A stretch of DNA of 64,000 nt. Source: Salisapilia sapeloensis CBS 127946 (lineage: Eukaryota; Protista; Oomycota). Every line of letters begins with the position of its first letter. Positions within the stretch are counted from its first letter, which is position 1. The notes beneath the pieces were generated by a model. It was not told where the DNA came from and did not search any database. It worked only from the letters and a program-made list of their open reading frames with translations. This document shows positions 42,700-54,184 of this stretch, one piece after another. The DNA lies in assembly GCA_023334545.1 (NCBI GenBank), contig JAADVB010000005.1, positions 112,279-176,278 of the forward strand, in the 5' to 3' direction. The position numbers and the translations under genes are program-made.

Positions 42700-45594
42700 A
42701 TGACAGACGAAGATCATGTCCAGCGGCATTCGACGCGAGGACTGTCGTACATTGGTGAAGGACTGCTCGACGTCTCGGGTCGTGACGCCATTGATAAGTA
42801 CGGATCCTTGGATGAATCCAACGCTGCATCTTCTAGCAAGCTATCGTCGTTCTTAGCGACGGAAGAACCGACTGCATCGACGAATCCACCGGAAGAGAAG
42901 GAAGACGATCATGAGAAACGGAATAAACTACTGGATTTCCTCGCGAATGACGTTGGAGAAAAGTATCTCGATGGCGTGTATCACGAGGAAGACCGGAAAG
43001 ATGGAGAAGACTTGGAGGATGATACGTCTTCCCATGAAGAGTTGCCACCGAGTCGTCAGTCACGTGCGAATTCCAGACTAATGGCCTTCTTGGCGCATGA
43101 AAAAGGAGAAATGCTGCATCAAGGAGAGAACTTGAGCGACAGTGAGTCGCATCGAAACTCCTTTTCATCATCCACTTCGTCTTTCCGAAGCAGACCGCAC
43201 GGGTCCTTCGATGCAGGTGATCAACCACTCGACTCGTCTGCAGAGCAACTCGGTTTATTCGTCCAACGAGAAGCTGACAGGAAGAAACTACGACGACAAC
43301 AAAAGGAACTCGCTCGACAGAAAGTCATGAAGTTTCTCGCGGAAGAAGAAGCCGAGGATCAAAAACATGCGAATGAAACGAGAGTCAAGGCTGTGGATGA
43401 AGCTTCTATCCAGCGAGAGATGGTCGTGGATCGCTACGGCACCTCTAAACTCCTCGATTTTCTCGATACGACTGAAGGTCAAAAGCAAAAGCAGATTAAA
43501 CAAGTCGTCGGTGTTACTTCCCGACGCTACTCTCCGCCATCCTCTCTTGACCATACGTCTGCCTCGGACTCGGAAGACAACTCGTCTTCGGATAAAGAGA
43601 CGCCAATCAAGAAGCAAGACATCTTCAAACGCGCTGGATCGAAGCTTTCTCGATTTCTACATCGATCCGATAGCGTCGGCAGAGTGGAGATTCCGAAACG
43701 TGCCTCCCAATCACCTGAAGCTACCAAGTCCCCTGTGTCTGCCTCTGCTAGTTCCTATCTGCTAGACAAATCCAAGTCCTCTCCTCTTACTACTACGCCA
43801 AAACCTTCTCCTGCATCCCCACCAAAGCCTTCGACATCATCGAAAGAAGTCGTTGGTAAGACACAGTCCCTCGTATCGACATTGCGACAGATCGCCGATA
43901 CATGTGAACAGTCCGAATTAAACGACGTGACCATCGCCCGAGTCTCCACGCTTCTCACGTCTATCTCTCAAGTCCTCAAGGACGATAGCACGCACCCCAC
44001 GACCTCTGTCGTTCCTATCCGACGTAGCTACTCGAATGCGTCTAGGACTTCATGGGTCAAGTCGGATGCTCAGAAGCAAGCGTTTGATGATCGCTGCAGT
44101 GTCGAGGCTCAAGGACAAGTCTCTCAGCCGAAAGCAAACACATCTACTCCGGTAGAACCCGAGGCAGAGCACACACCTCGTAACGTATCGTCGAGCGTCT
44201 TGGACTCGTTCGCACAATTCGAGACAGCTCAGGACTTGAATGAGACATTAGCGGCCTTCCAGACGCTACTGCAAGACGCAGATGCAGTCGATATCGATCC
44301 GTCTAAGCCATGGCAAACGTACGACCGCATCCGCTCGGCCGTATACGACAAGCTAGGCTTCCGCCAGCGACAGCTCTTTAAACTTCTCGACACGAAACTC
44401 AAGCAGGATGTGTATGCAAAGCGACCTGCTGCAGGCAAGAAGGTGCTTGTCGTCGGCGCTGGACCCGTCGGGCTACGTGCTGCCGTCGAGCTATCTATGC
44501 TTGGCGCTCAAGTGACGGTGCTGGAGAAACGAAAGCACTTTAGTCGTGAGAATATTCTGCATCTCTGGCCGTGGGTCGTCCAGGATCTCACGAGTCTCGG
44601 CGCGAAAGTCTTCTTCCCATCCTTCTGTCACTCGACTGCGTACTTCCACGTCGGTACTCGACAGTTGCAATGCATTCTCCTCAAGGTCGGACTGATCATG
44701 GGCCTCGAGATGCATCCGCATACACAATTTGAAAGTCTAACGTCTCCCCTCTCCTCTCTAAGTGGCGAGAAACCATTCTACTCTGTTCAGACGTCACCTC
44801 AGATCCCATGGACAGAGTTCCATGCTGTCATTGGAGCTAGTGGCAAGCAAGATAAGTTGTCGCAACAAGCTGACATGAGACGCTTCGTGTACAGTCGGAA
44901 GGAAGCGATTGGTATCGTGTGCTACTTTCCGAATCTCGGGACGAAGGAAGAGAAGAGTGTACCAGAGTTCTCTTGGACGGTGCAGTTTAAGAAACAAGTG
45001 TTTGACGAGATGAAAGCGCAAGGGTTGGAACTCGAGAACGTTGTGTATTATCGAGGTGAAATGCATTACATTGTCATGACGCCAAAGCGACAGAGTCTAT
45101 TGGATGCTGGTGTCTTGCGTCAGAACTATCCGAACGTCTCGGACTTGGTGACGGATGCTAATACCGACAAGGAACGACTGGCAGCATATGCGCAAAAGGT
45201 ACTGGATTTTGCCCAGATCAAACGACAGAGTGACATGCAAAAGGTCAAGATGTTTGACTTTTCCACTCGCACTCGAGTCGATCGAGCTGCAAGTGTCTTG
45301 ACGTCGAACGGCAAGAAGCTGTATGTCGGTATGATTGGAGACGCATTGATCGAACCTTTTTGGCCGGAAGGTTTGGGCTCTTGCAGAGGATTCTTAGCTG
45401 CGCTCGATACGGCGTGGATGGTCGCGCAGGCTGGACGGAAACCGGATCAGCAGATTCTAGCCGATCGAGAGCTCGCGTATCGTATCATCCAGCACATCTC
45501 TGGTTTCCGACGAGACGATTTGCAGAAGAACGTTCGCAAGTACAATGTCGATCCAAGGACTCGATATACAGTCAAGTTCCCGACTTTGTATTAA
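42700..45594 (+). CDS. MICAL-type flavoprotein monooxygenase (MO domain only, long disordered N-terminus)
   Basis: VLVVGAGPVGLRAAVEL, LEKRKHFSRENILHLWP, RQLQCILLKVGL, LENVVYYRG-EMHYIVMT, GDALIEPFWPEGLG..RGFLAALDTAW, YNVDPRTRY all align by eye with the MICAL MO domain. Confidence 0.92.
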   Translation: MTDEDHVQRHSTRGLSYIGEGLLDVSGRDAIDKYGSLDESNAASSSKLSSFLATEEPTASTNPPEEKEDDHEKRNKLLDFLANDVGEKYLDGVYHEEDRKDGEDLEDDTSSHEELPPSRQSRANSRLMAFLAHEKGEMLHQGENLSDSESHRNSFSSSTSSFRSRPHGSFDAGDQPLDSSAEQLGLFVQREADRKKLRRQQKELARQKVMKFLAEEEAEDQKHANETRVKAVDEASIQREMVVDRYGTSKLLDFLDTTEGQKQKQIKQVVGVTSRRYSPPSSLDHTSASDSEDNSSSDKETPIKKQDIFKRAGSKLSRFLHRSDSVGRVEIPKRASQSPEATKSPVSASASSYLLDKSKSSPLTTTPKPSPASPPKPSTSSKEVVGKTQSLVSTLRQIADTCEQSELNDVTIARVSTLLTSISQVLKDDSTHPTTSVVPIRRSYSNASRTSWVKSDAQKQAFDDRCSVEAQGQVSQPKANTSTPVEPEAEHTPRNVSSSVLDSFAQFETAQDLNETLAAFQTLLQDADAVDIDPSKPWQTYDRIRSAVYDKLGFRQRQLFKLLDTKLKQDVYAKRPAAGKKVLVVGAGPVGLRAAVELSMLGAQVTVLEKRKHFSRENILHLWPWVVQDLTSLGAKVFFPSFCHSTAYFHVGTRQLQCILLKVGLIMGLEMHPHTQFESLTSPLSSLSGEKPFYSVQTSPQIPWTEFHAVIGASGKQDKLSQQADMRRFVYSRKEAIGIVCYFPNLGTKEEKSVPEFSWTVQFKKQVFDEMKAQGLELENVVYYRGEMHYIVMTPKRQSLLDAGVLRQNYPNVSDLVTDANTDKERLAAYAQKVLDFAQIKRQSDMQKVKMFDFSTRTRVDRAASVLTSNGKKLYVGMIGDALIEPFWPEGLGSCRGFLAALDTAWMVAQAGRKPDQQILADRELAYRIIQHISGFRRDDLQKNVRKYNVDPRTRYTVKFPTLY

Positions 45595-45970
45595 CTTCAC
45601 TTTGGATCTCCATTGGAAAGAGGTCGTAGGACGGAATATAAGTGCCTTGAACGTTCAGTTTATAAATTATCAATACGGTTTCTGGTGGATATTACTACCT
45701 TTTCTCAGTATCCTATCACTTAGCTCTCTTCTATACACGAAGGTAGCAATGTATGGTCATGAACACATGCGGAATAGAAAGGTAGATCGAGCCTCCTCGA
45801 TATACTATTACTATATCATGTATCCTAATGTTGATTGGAGAATAATTGAAAGAGAAAGTGGTGATTGGCAGATAAGGATGCCACGTTCGGAACGACTTTG
45901 AAGTGCCAGATACAGACTGAACGACTGCTGACGGCACCTGGCGTTCCATACTTGCTTCCTGCCGCTACGA

Positions 45971-48201
45971 ATGATGGAAGACACCTTCCAGCGTATACGT
46001 GTATACGCCGAACCTCTGCTGCTCGATCGTCGGTCTACAGAGATCGTCGTCGCCGTCGCTGCAGTCCTCACACTTTTCCTACTCGTTCGCAAATTCCTCT
46101 TTTACCTCACTTGGCGCAGTTTCCGGGATACGGCATACACCGTCGGGCATCATCAATGGCGACCTGGAAAAATCGCTGGGTATGTTCTCTAGTACGACAT
46201 TCATAGCAAAAGTATAAATCATCATGTCTTGCTGCTTGTAGACCGCAATGGTGTAATCTGTGTGAATCAGTCGTCTACGGCATACGTAGCTACGTCGTTA
46301 CGTGTGATATATGCGGCAAGTTTGCGCATGCTCAATGTGCGGCGTCATCGCTCAAGTATGCTGGCAGTGCCAATATCCCAGCATCATGTGCCTGCAAGAC
46401 AGCAGCGATCACAACGCCTTCGTTGCCAAGTGAAGAGCAGAGCCACGTGTGGATTAAAGGCAATATCGATCCGATGGACTCGTGTGCGCTATGTGGTCTC
46501 TTCTGTGGTAGCATCCTCGCACTCTCCGGTCTCAAGTGCGCTTGGTGCCATGTCCGCGTGCATGAGGCTTGTTTCCTCTCGCATGAGCACAAACGTCAGG
46601 CCAAGCACGACGATCCGAACCACCGTCCGAGCCAGCGATACGCCTGGCTGGACCACTGTGACTTTGGTCCTCACGCCAATCTAATTCTTCCTCCTTCCTC
46701 CATCATCCTCCGTCCTTCTCCTCCTCTATCATCGAAACTGCAGCCAGCTCTCTCGTCTGTCAAGTCTGTCGCGAAAAAAGCTGTGCATACTGTCGCTTCC
46801 ATCCGTCTCCGTCGTATTAGCTCATCAGAGCTGATCGAAGACTCGACGGAAGATGTCACGACTGTCGAGACAGAAGTTGAAAAGATCGATTCGCACGATC
46901 GTCCGTTTGATATTGAGTTACCATCCTCCAATCTAACGCCTCTACTCGTCTTTATTAACAGTAAAAGTGGTGGAAAGATGGGACTGCACGTTCTTCGACA
47001 GCTCCGGCAATGGCTCAATCCACTCCAGATCTATGATCTTGCACACCAGGACCCGAAAGTCACTCTCGACCACTTCCGTCACGTCCCTCGCTTGCGTCTT
47101 CTCGTATGTGGCGGCGATGGAACGATCGGATGGGTCCTCGGTGCTCTAGATGAGCTCAACTTACCTCGTCAACCGCCTATCGCTGTCCTTCCTCTCGGTA
47201 CAGGGAACGACCTCGCTCGTACATTAGGCTGGGGAAGTGGTTATCCTGCTCGTGGCATCAGCTCTTTACTGTCTGAAGTAGAGGAAGCTTATGTGAGTCT
47301 TCTAGATCGTTGGCAGACGATGATTGGTGGCGTGAAAGGCAGCGTACTAAATAACTACTTGGGTGTCGGAGTCGATGCGCAAGTGGCCCTTGAATTCCAT
47401 GAAAGACGCCAACGATCTCCTTCGCTCTTTATGAGTCAGTTTGTGAATAAACTGTGGTACAGTCAGTACGGCGCGAAACATTTTCTCGTGCGCAAGTGTG
47501 CGAATCTCGCACGAAAGATGGATTTAATTTGTGATGGAGACCGGATTGAGTTACCGGAAGGCACGGAAGGTGTGATTGTATTGAATATTAATAGCTATGG
47601 AGGTGGAAGTAAACTCTGGCATGATGCATCGGAATCGGATAATGATTCCGAGTCTTCTGATGATGATCTGGAAGACTCGAATGACGAGACTGAGGACGGG
47701 AGTGACTTGAGTGACAATGAAAAACCCCAGAGCCCGCTTCCACGTCGACGTGGTAGCAGTCGGGTCCCGACGCTCGGAGCGTCGTCTCCTCACGACGGAC
47801 TCTTGGACGTCGTGGCTGTCTACGGCACACTCCACTTGGGTCAGATGCAGGTCGGACTGTCCAGAGCAGTGCGTCTATGTCAAGCCAAGAGCGTCAAGTT
47901 GGTACTGCAAGAGACGCTGCCGATGCAAGTGGATGGAGAACCGTGGCAGCAGTCTCCAACGACAGTCGAAGTCTCCTACTTGAACCAAGCGTTCATGCTC
48001 AGTCGAGCAGTTAAAGAGCGAGATCTCGTGACGAGAGAAGTGGGCGAAGTACTTGACTGGGCAGAGCATTCCAAGGTGATTTCAGCTAGTCAACGTGATA
48101 TCTTGCTGGCAGAAATGACGCGACGTGTGGCACGAGGTCAACCAAGACGCACGACAGCGCATCGACAATCGCTTCGAGCTCTGTCGTGGTCGGATTCATA
48201 A
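45971..48201 (+). CDS. Diacylglycerol kinase, DGK-epsilon-like (N-terminal TM, two C1 domains)
   Basis: TM IVVAVAAVLTLFLL; C1 HQW..WCNLC..CDIC..AHAQC and HVW..CALC..CAWC..VHEAC; FINSKSGG, CGGDGTIGWV, LPLGTGNDLAR, QVDGEPW; one intron. Confidence 0.92.
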
Positions 48202-48251
48202 TTTCTTTTCCTTTGATACAGTAGATACGAATGCAAGTTCGATAGATGTAT

Positions 48252-49499
48252 TTAGTTTGCCTGAGATAAAAGTACTGCTTCCATGAACTTGTCGACGTTG
48301 CCATCCAGCACTTGTTTAGTGTCCGGCATCGTCACCTTGGTCCGATGGTCTTTCACTTGTTTATAAGGATGCAAGACGTACGATCGAATCTGACTGCCCC
48401 ACGCATTCTCACCCAAACCTTGCGTGAACTCCTGACGAGCTTGTGCTTGCTTCTCGAGCTCTTGTTGATACAACTTAGCACGTAGCATGTCCATGGCCTC
48501 AGCCTTGTTCCGATGTTGAGACCGCTCGCTTTGACTCTGAGTGACGATGCCGGACGGGATATGGGTGATGCGAACGGCACTGTCCGTTGTGTTCACGTGC
48601 TGTCCACCAGCACCAGAAGAGCGGAACGTGTCGATACGCAAGTCGGAAGTGGAAATTTCGATCTCGTCCTTCCCTCCACTTGCTGGGACGAGCGGATAGA
48701 CTCGTACTTGGGCAAATGACGTGTGACGGCGACCTGCACTATCGAAAGGGGAGACTCGAACGAGACGATGAACGCCGGCCTCTGTCTTGGCCCAGCCGTA
48801 GGCGTAGGCTCCATCTAAACGCAGCGTGACGGCACGAAAGCCTGCTTCGTCACCTGGAGACGAATCTACTGTCTGGACACGATAGGAACGAGATTCGCCC
48901 CATCGAGCATACATACGAGAGAGCATGGCGACCCAGTCACAGCTTTCCGTACCTCCTGCACCTGCCTGGAGCTCTATAAAGCAAGAGACGAGATCACTCG
49001 GACGAGAAAGTAAGAGTTCTACACGCAACTGCTGTGCTTCATGGGATAAACGGGTCATGGAATCAAGTGTGTCCTGCTTTACGCTACTGTCATCTTCTTC
49101 TTTCGCGAGCTCGAAAAGCTCATTGGTGTCGTTAAAGCGTGCTTCTAGCTCTTGTACGCGCTGCGCTCGAGATTCGAGTGCGCCGAGCCGTTGGAGGACA
49201 GAAGAGGCATTGGATGGGTCATCCCATAAATCTGGCTTTGTGGCTTCAGCACGAAGCTCCTCCAATACTTTTGCATTGTCCTCGTCTGCTGTGCTACCAT
49301 TGACAACGTCTTGGATCAAATGCAGCTCTCGACGAGCTGTGTCAGAAGTCGATATGAACTCTGCATCAATATCTGTTGCTTTGGAGCTGAAAAAAGATAT
49401 CGCCGTAGGTGCAAGACGGTTACGATGTGAAACGAAGGCAGTTCCACGCGTACAAGTCTGCTGGTAGCGACGGAAAGTCGTGCCAATAGCCCGCAGCAT
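48252..49499 (-). CDS. prfB: Organellar (mitochondrial) peptide chain release factor 2
   Basis: SPF anticodon motif in HRLVRVSPFD, GAGGQHVNTTDSAVR, WGSQIRSYVLHPY; R/S/T-rich presequence; no internal frameshift. Confidence 0.93.
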   Translation of the reverse strand: MLRAIGTTFRRYQQTCTRGTAFVSHRNRLAPTAISFFSSKATDIDAEFISTSDTARRELHLIQDVVNGSTADEDNAKVLEELRAEATKPDLWDDPSNASSVLQRLGALESRAQRVQELEARFNDTNELFELAKEEDDSSVKQDTLDSMTRLSHEAQQLRVELLLSRPSDLVSCFIELQAGAGGTESCDWVAMLSRMYARWGESRSYRVQTVDSSPGDEAGFRAVTLRLDGAYAYGWAKTEAGVHRLVRVSPFDSAGRRHTSFAQVRVYPLVPASGGKDEIEISTSDLRIDTFRSSGAGGQHVNTTDSAVRITHIPSGIVTQSQSERSQHRNKAEAMDMLRAKLYQQELEKQAQARQEFTQGLGENAWGSQIRSYVLHPYKQVKDHRTKVTMPDTKQVLDGNVDKFMEAVLLSQAN

Positions 49500-49740
49500 C
49501 CTTGGCGCCTACTCGTTTAAACTTGTTGCGAAACTGTTTATAACGTTTTTAACACATCGCATCTGGTGTATCTCCCATGTTGAAGTTAGATGGAAGATAT
49601 CGTGACCTTTCGACTCGATATGACGAGACGGAAGAGACGGTTGGATGGTGATGGGATGGAAGATATGGACTACACATCGCATAATAGGTCAATAGCACGT
49701 CTTTCTACCTTCTAGTTCATTTGTTCTTTCGTCTTAAACA

Positions 49741-52300
49741 ATGCGAGTGGCACTTGTTTTGTGCCTATCCACCGCTATCTTCGTCTCTAAGACTACCCAC
49801 GCGGCTTTCTACAGTATGCTATGTTTACTATCTTCTATGTATCGATGCACAACTAACCGAGAAATGTTTGATGAATATTATAGGCTGTTTAGCACCATGT
49901 GAAGCCATGCTGCTTCCTCGAGACATGGACAACATGCAGCAGTGCTACTGTCCAGGTGAAGCCCAAGGCGAAAATACCCACGACAGCCATATATCCAGGC
50001 ACTACATATGCCCAGGAGGATCTAGCGCAAATTCATTGAATCCAAAAAGCTTCTCGGACTGCGACTGTCTCCCAGGATACACTCGTTTTGACTCGATGAG
50101 GCTTTGTAATCCGTCGGACACGTTCACATGCACCAGTCCTTACATACCCAAAGAAGGTTTAAATGGACATCCAACGTCACTTGACGACTGTGCCTGCGAA
50201 CCACCATACGTCAAGACAAATGATACGAATATTTGTGAGCTGCATATGTGTCCTAGAGCTGGCAACTACAAAGTCAAGGCAAATGTGGACATAGTAAAGT
50301 CTCTTGTAGATTGTGATTGCATCCCTCCTTTCATCAAACATGCTCAAACAGGAGAGTGCTTGCTACCACAAGGCTTGCGTTGTCCACTTCATGCTCACTC
50401 AAAGCATTTAAATGGCAAGATCCAAACCATCAATGACTGTGAATGTGAAAGTGGGTACATCATGTCCGACGACGGCTCTTGTCATGTGGAAACTTCGACG
50501 TATGATTGTCCTTCAAACGCATATAAGAAAGAAAGCCTTGGTCGGGACGCTGAACCTCGCAGCTTTGAAGAGTGTGAGTGTTCAGCTGGGTACATTCGAA
50601 ACGATAGAGCGGAAGTATGTGAAGATAGCTCAACGAGTTCGTCTCCATCCTACACCTGTCCTCCTCATTCATCCGCACACAACGCAAAGAGCACACCAAC
50701 ATCATTTGGTGACTGTGATTGTGTACGAGGTTACTATCGCAATGAAGATGAGAAAAGTTGTGACGCATGGCCACTTGGCAATGATGTCTGTCCACCCTAC
50801 AGCCTCTTGAGTCAATGGCCAGTAGAGGGTGACTCCAGTTGCAAATGTGTCTTTGGACAGCAGGAAGATAACGAAGCTTCGTGTCAGTCACATCCATCTA
50901 TCAATACGGATGACAAGACGTGGGAAGAAGGATGTCCAGCACACGCAATGGCAGTCAACTGGCCAGTGGTCTCGTCACAAGACTGCTTTTGTGCATTTGG
51001 CTATGAGGACAGTCATCATGCTAAACACATTCAAGCAAACGATACCTCTGCTTCTGGTGAAAGCAAGGTACTTAAATGCGTTCAATCGGATACCATCAAT
51101 GTAGAAGAACGTAAAGAGAGGTGTCAACTACCTATGCAGTTCGATACAACTGATGGCGCTTGTCGCCTTCGTATGGAAGAGGTACAACCAATGAAAAGCA
51201 ATAGCAGTGGAAGCATCATCCATCGAGGCATCGAGTACGACTACATTCTTGCAGATGAGAACAGGATGATCATTCAAGGTGACATTGCCATCGGTGATGT
51301 CGTCGTGCGTACTCTAGAAGATGGCTCCACTGTCTCCAAACAAGTGCTTCACGGCTACTTCAACGATCACATTGATCATCGATGGGAAGAAGGTCGAATG
51401 TGTTTCCAGATCGAAGACTCTGCACATTCCTTCCAGCAGACGATCGTAAAGGCTATCGACCACATTGCATTAACCACAGGTTTCTCATTCTTCCGCTGTC
51501 CGAAGGATACTTGCGAGTCAGAAGCCTTTTGCTCCAAGGGCTTCGTCAGTTTCCATCAGACACCATCATCTTGCTACTCTTACATAGGTCGCGTCGGTGG
51601 AAAGCAACCGATTGGCGTATCTGCAGACTGTGGAGAAGGTAACCTGATGCATGTCATCTTGCATGCTATCGGCCTACATCATCCACACAACCGAGACGAT
51701 CGAGATGACCATATTCATGTTGCCTGGGAGTGTCTTCCAATGGATAAACGAAGCAACTTTATCAAAGACGAAGGTACAAGGCATGCAGAAAACAATATGG
51801 CATACGACTACTACAGCATCATGCACGCTCCTTCCGACGCGTTTATCCCTCGACAACATGCAAAGATTGTAGATAACACGAGTGAAGCTTCCATTCCAGA
51901 CTGGTGCGAGAGCTTGATACCGACACTACATGATCGCAATCAACGGCATCTTGTCATGGAAGTCATGGGACAACGCAGTTTCCTATCTCTAGGCGATATC
52001 CACGCTGTGTACGACTTGTACCCGTTCCTTCGTCAGCACAAGTCCCACACGACGAATGTCCACGTCAGCTCGATTCATAAACCAGTGGAAGTTCATCCGT
52101 TCTGGAGTCGGACACCCCACCTCCACATATCCGACTCTTCCGTTATGAAGAAGACAGCAACCTTCCTCGGATCCATGGCTACGCTCGCAGGATTCGCCGG
52201 TCTCATCCTCTTCGCCAGTATCTACGTTCGTCGCAACCATAATACTACACCTCGTCATCCGGTCTTTGGAGAAGCTCTCCTCCCAGCTCGTCATTACTAA
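49741..52300 (+). CDS. Type I membrane astacin (M12A)-like protein with 8 Cys-rich repeats; catalytic Glu absent
   Basis: Signal peptide MRVALVLCLSTAIF (intron 49814-49883); repeats C-P-x(n)-DC-x-C-x-x-G-Y; QGDI prodomain motif; SCYSYIGRVGGKQ; HVILHAIGLHHPHNRDDRD; YDYYSIMH; C-terminal TM. Confidence 0.85.
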
Positions 52301-52429
52301 ACACTTGGTATACTTTCGATAAGCAGAATCCACTTCCTTTATTCCTTTGTTCATGCTTTGATCGTTTCGACCCTGTTATCTACTCTACGAGGTCACTTGA
52401 TCTACCACATCAAATCAAGGACGCATGAC

Positions 52430-53158
52430 TTAGGCAATGAATGCAGATAGCTTTTCATTGACAAAGACCTCTCCTTTCGAAATAAGGTACTCTGCCAGTG
52501 CCTTTTGCTTGGACGCATCCACGTGCTCTACGAGCTGAAGGATTAAGTCAGAGTTGATCTCCTTCTTTTCAGCAGCCTCCCTCGCAATCTTCTCCGCTAC
52601 GTCCAAGTCGCCGTTCTTGACAGCGTTCATGACTCGGAAACGATACATTTTGGTGGTCATGGGCACCTCGGCCTTGGTCATCAGTTCTACCACTTTCTCT
52701 ACATTCGCTTGCTCTCCCTGTTCGTCATAGTACTCTGCTAGTCGGACGAAACTTCCTGGGTTGACATACTTTTTCAAGTGCTCTGCCTGCTCCAGATATG
52801 CCAATGCAACTTCGGGCGATTCGAGCTTGAGGCAGCCACTGAGGAACGTGCCGACAGCAAAGGTGGATGGGAACGCCATCTTGTGATCGGCAAGCAAGAA
52901 AGCCTGCTGGACTGGTTCCAATTCATCAGCAGATTTCATTTCGCGAGAAACGTACTCGAGCTTCTGACGAGTAAAGTAGAGCGATGCAGTGGGAATGGAG
53001 AGACGAGCGCCAATCGTGTTCAGCTGCTTCGTCACGTCTTTCACCGATCCTTCAATACGAGGGTATTCGACATTGCCACTGAAAGCACGTGCAGTGAGCT
53101 TGGTATGGCTCGTCGCGACCTTGGTCAGCGCTCGCATCGCCGTCGTCCGCTGCATCAT
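52430..53158 (-). CDS. Probable mitochondrial helical-repeat (PPR-like) protein
   Basis: Presequence MMQRTTAMRALTKVATS; helical pairs ending in MTKAEVPMTTKMYRFRV. Confidence 0.55.
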   Translation of the reverse strand: MMQRTTAMRALTKVATSHTKLTARAFSGNVEYPRIEGSVKDVTKQLNTIGARLSIPTASLYFTRQKLEYVSREMKSADELEPVQQAFLLADHKMAFPSTFAVGTFLSGCLKLESPEVALAYLEQAEHLKKYVNPGSFVRLAEYYDEQGEQANVEKVVELMTKAEVPMTTKMYRFRVMNAVKNGDLDVAEKIAREAAEKKEINSDLILQLVEHVDASKQKALAEYLISKGEVFVNEKLSAFIA

Positions 53159-53309
53159 TCGTATCACGTTTAATTGTCCACCGGTTAGATTTCTCACAAA
53201 GGGAACACTATTTACACTTTACGATTGTATGTATTACGCCACTCATTTGTCGGACCAGGACAAGAGAAAAGAAAAAAGAAAAAAGAAAAGCAAATTTCTT
53301 AGGTCATGT

Positions 53310-54059
53310 TCACTGCTGCAGAATCTTGTTGGTCGTCTCGTTCGGCGTGATACCGGCCTCCTGCATCGCAGCTGCTACCTGATCGATCTGTTCTTGCATC
53401 CCTTGGCTCTTGAGCTTAAAGAGCAAGTTGTTGCACGTCACGCGCTGGAGTTTCCGAGCGGCAGCAGCCGTCTGCAAGAGCTCCACGGCTTTCGTCAAAT
53501 CCTCTTGCGTGATCGCCGAACGGATCAAAATGTCAAAAGTACGCTCCGAAGACTTGACACGGTACTTGTGCTGCGCAAGTTCATGCAGTTGGAACACCTT
53601 TTCATGCTCACCGTTCGTCATGAATTTGTGTAAAAGCTTGTTCATGGTCGACGGTTCGAGGAAAAGACCAATGCGGTAGTTGTTTTCCAACACTTCGAGC
53701 ACCAAGTCAGGCTGGTCGAGTTCCAATGCCTTTTTCACGAGCAACCCAGCAGCGTTCGAGTCCGGGTCCACTCGCTTCTGCTCATAGATCTTCATGATCG
53801 TCTTGCTCTGTGCCAATTCCTCCGACGTCTTAACCGATTTCAAGTACGATGACAGCTTGGTGCGTTTAATGAACGCTCCGTTCGCAGCCGACCGCTCAAT
53901 GTTCTGCACGAGTTCCTGCGCGGACAAGGCAGGCACAGGAGACCCGCTGTCCGGAGAAGACGCAGGCACATTCAGTGCACGGGACCCCTGAGAGACAACA
54001 CGTCGAGCGCCCTGTCGGCCATAGCCGGATAAGGCACTACGAACAGCTAACATGCGCAT
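53310..54059 (-). CDS. Probable mitochondrial PPR-like protein, mS27/MRPS27-like
   Basis: Presequence; LEVLENNYRIGLFLEPSTMNKLL resembles the MRPS27 repeat; PPR-like ERTFDILIR, VTCNNLL, EAGITPNETT. Confidence 0.6.
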   Translation of the reverse strand: MRMLAVRSALSGYGRQGARRVVSQGSRALNVPASSPDSGSPVPALSAQELVQNIERSAANGAFIKRTKLSSYLKSVKTSEELAQSKTIMKIYEQKRVDPDSNAAGLLVKKALELDQPDLVLEVLENNYRIGLFLEPSTMNKLLHKFMTNGEHEKVFQLHELAQHKYRVKSSERTFDILIRSAITQEDLTKAVELLQTAAAARKLQRVTCNNLLFKLKSQGMQEQIDQVAAAMQEAGITPNETTNKILQQ

Positions 54060-54184
54060 AATTACTTTGTTCTCGTTTGCTGCTCTGGACCAGAGAAATG
54101 CGTGCATACAAAACCCAAGTGATTTGGCACGTCAGTTAACAACCGTTAACTGCTGCGATACGGATCACAATTTGAACTTGAGGC

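Noticed and set aside
28956-45594. MsrA and MICAL as a linked actin-Met redox cycle
   Set aside because: MICAL produces Met-R-sulfoxide, which is reversed by MsrB/SelR, not MsrA; the genes are 13 kb apart.
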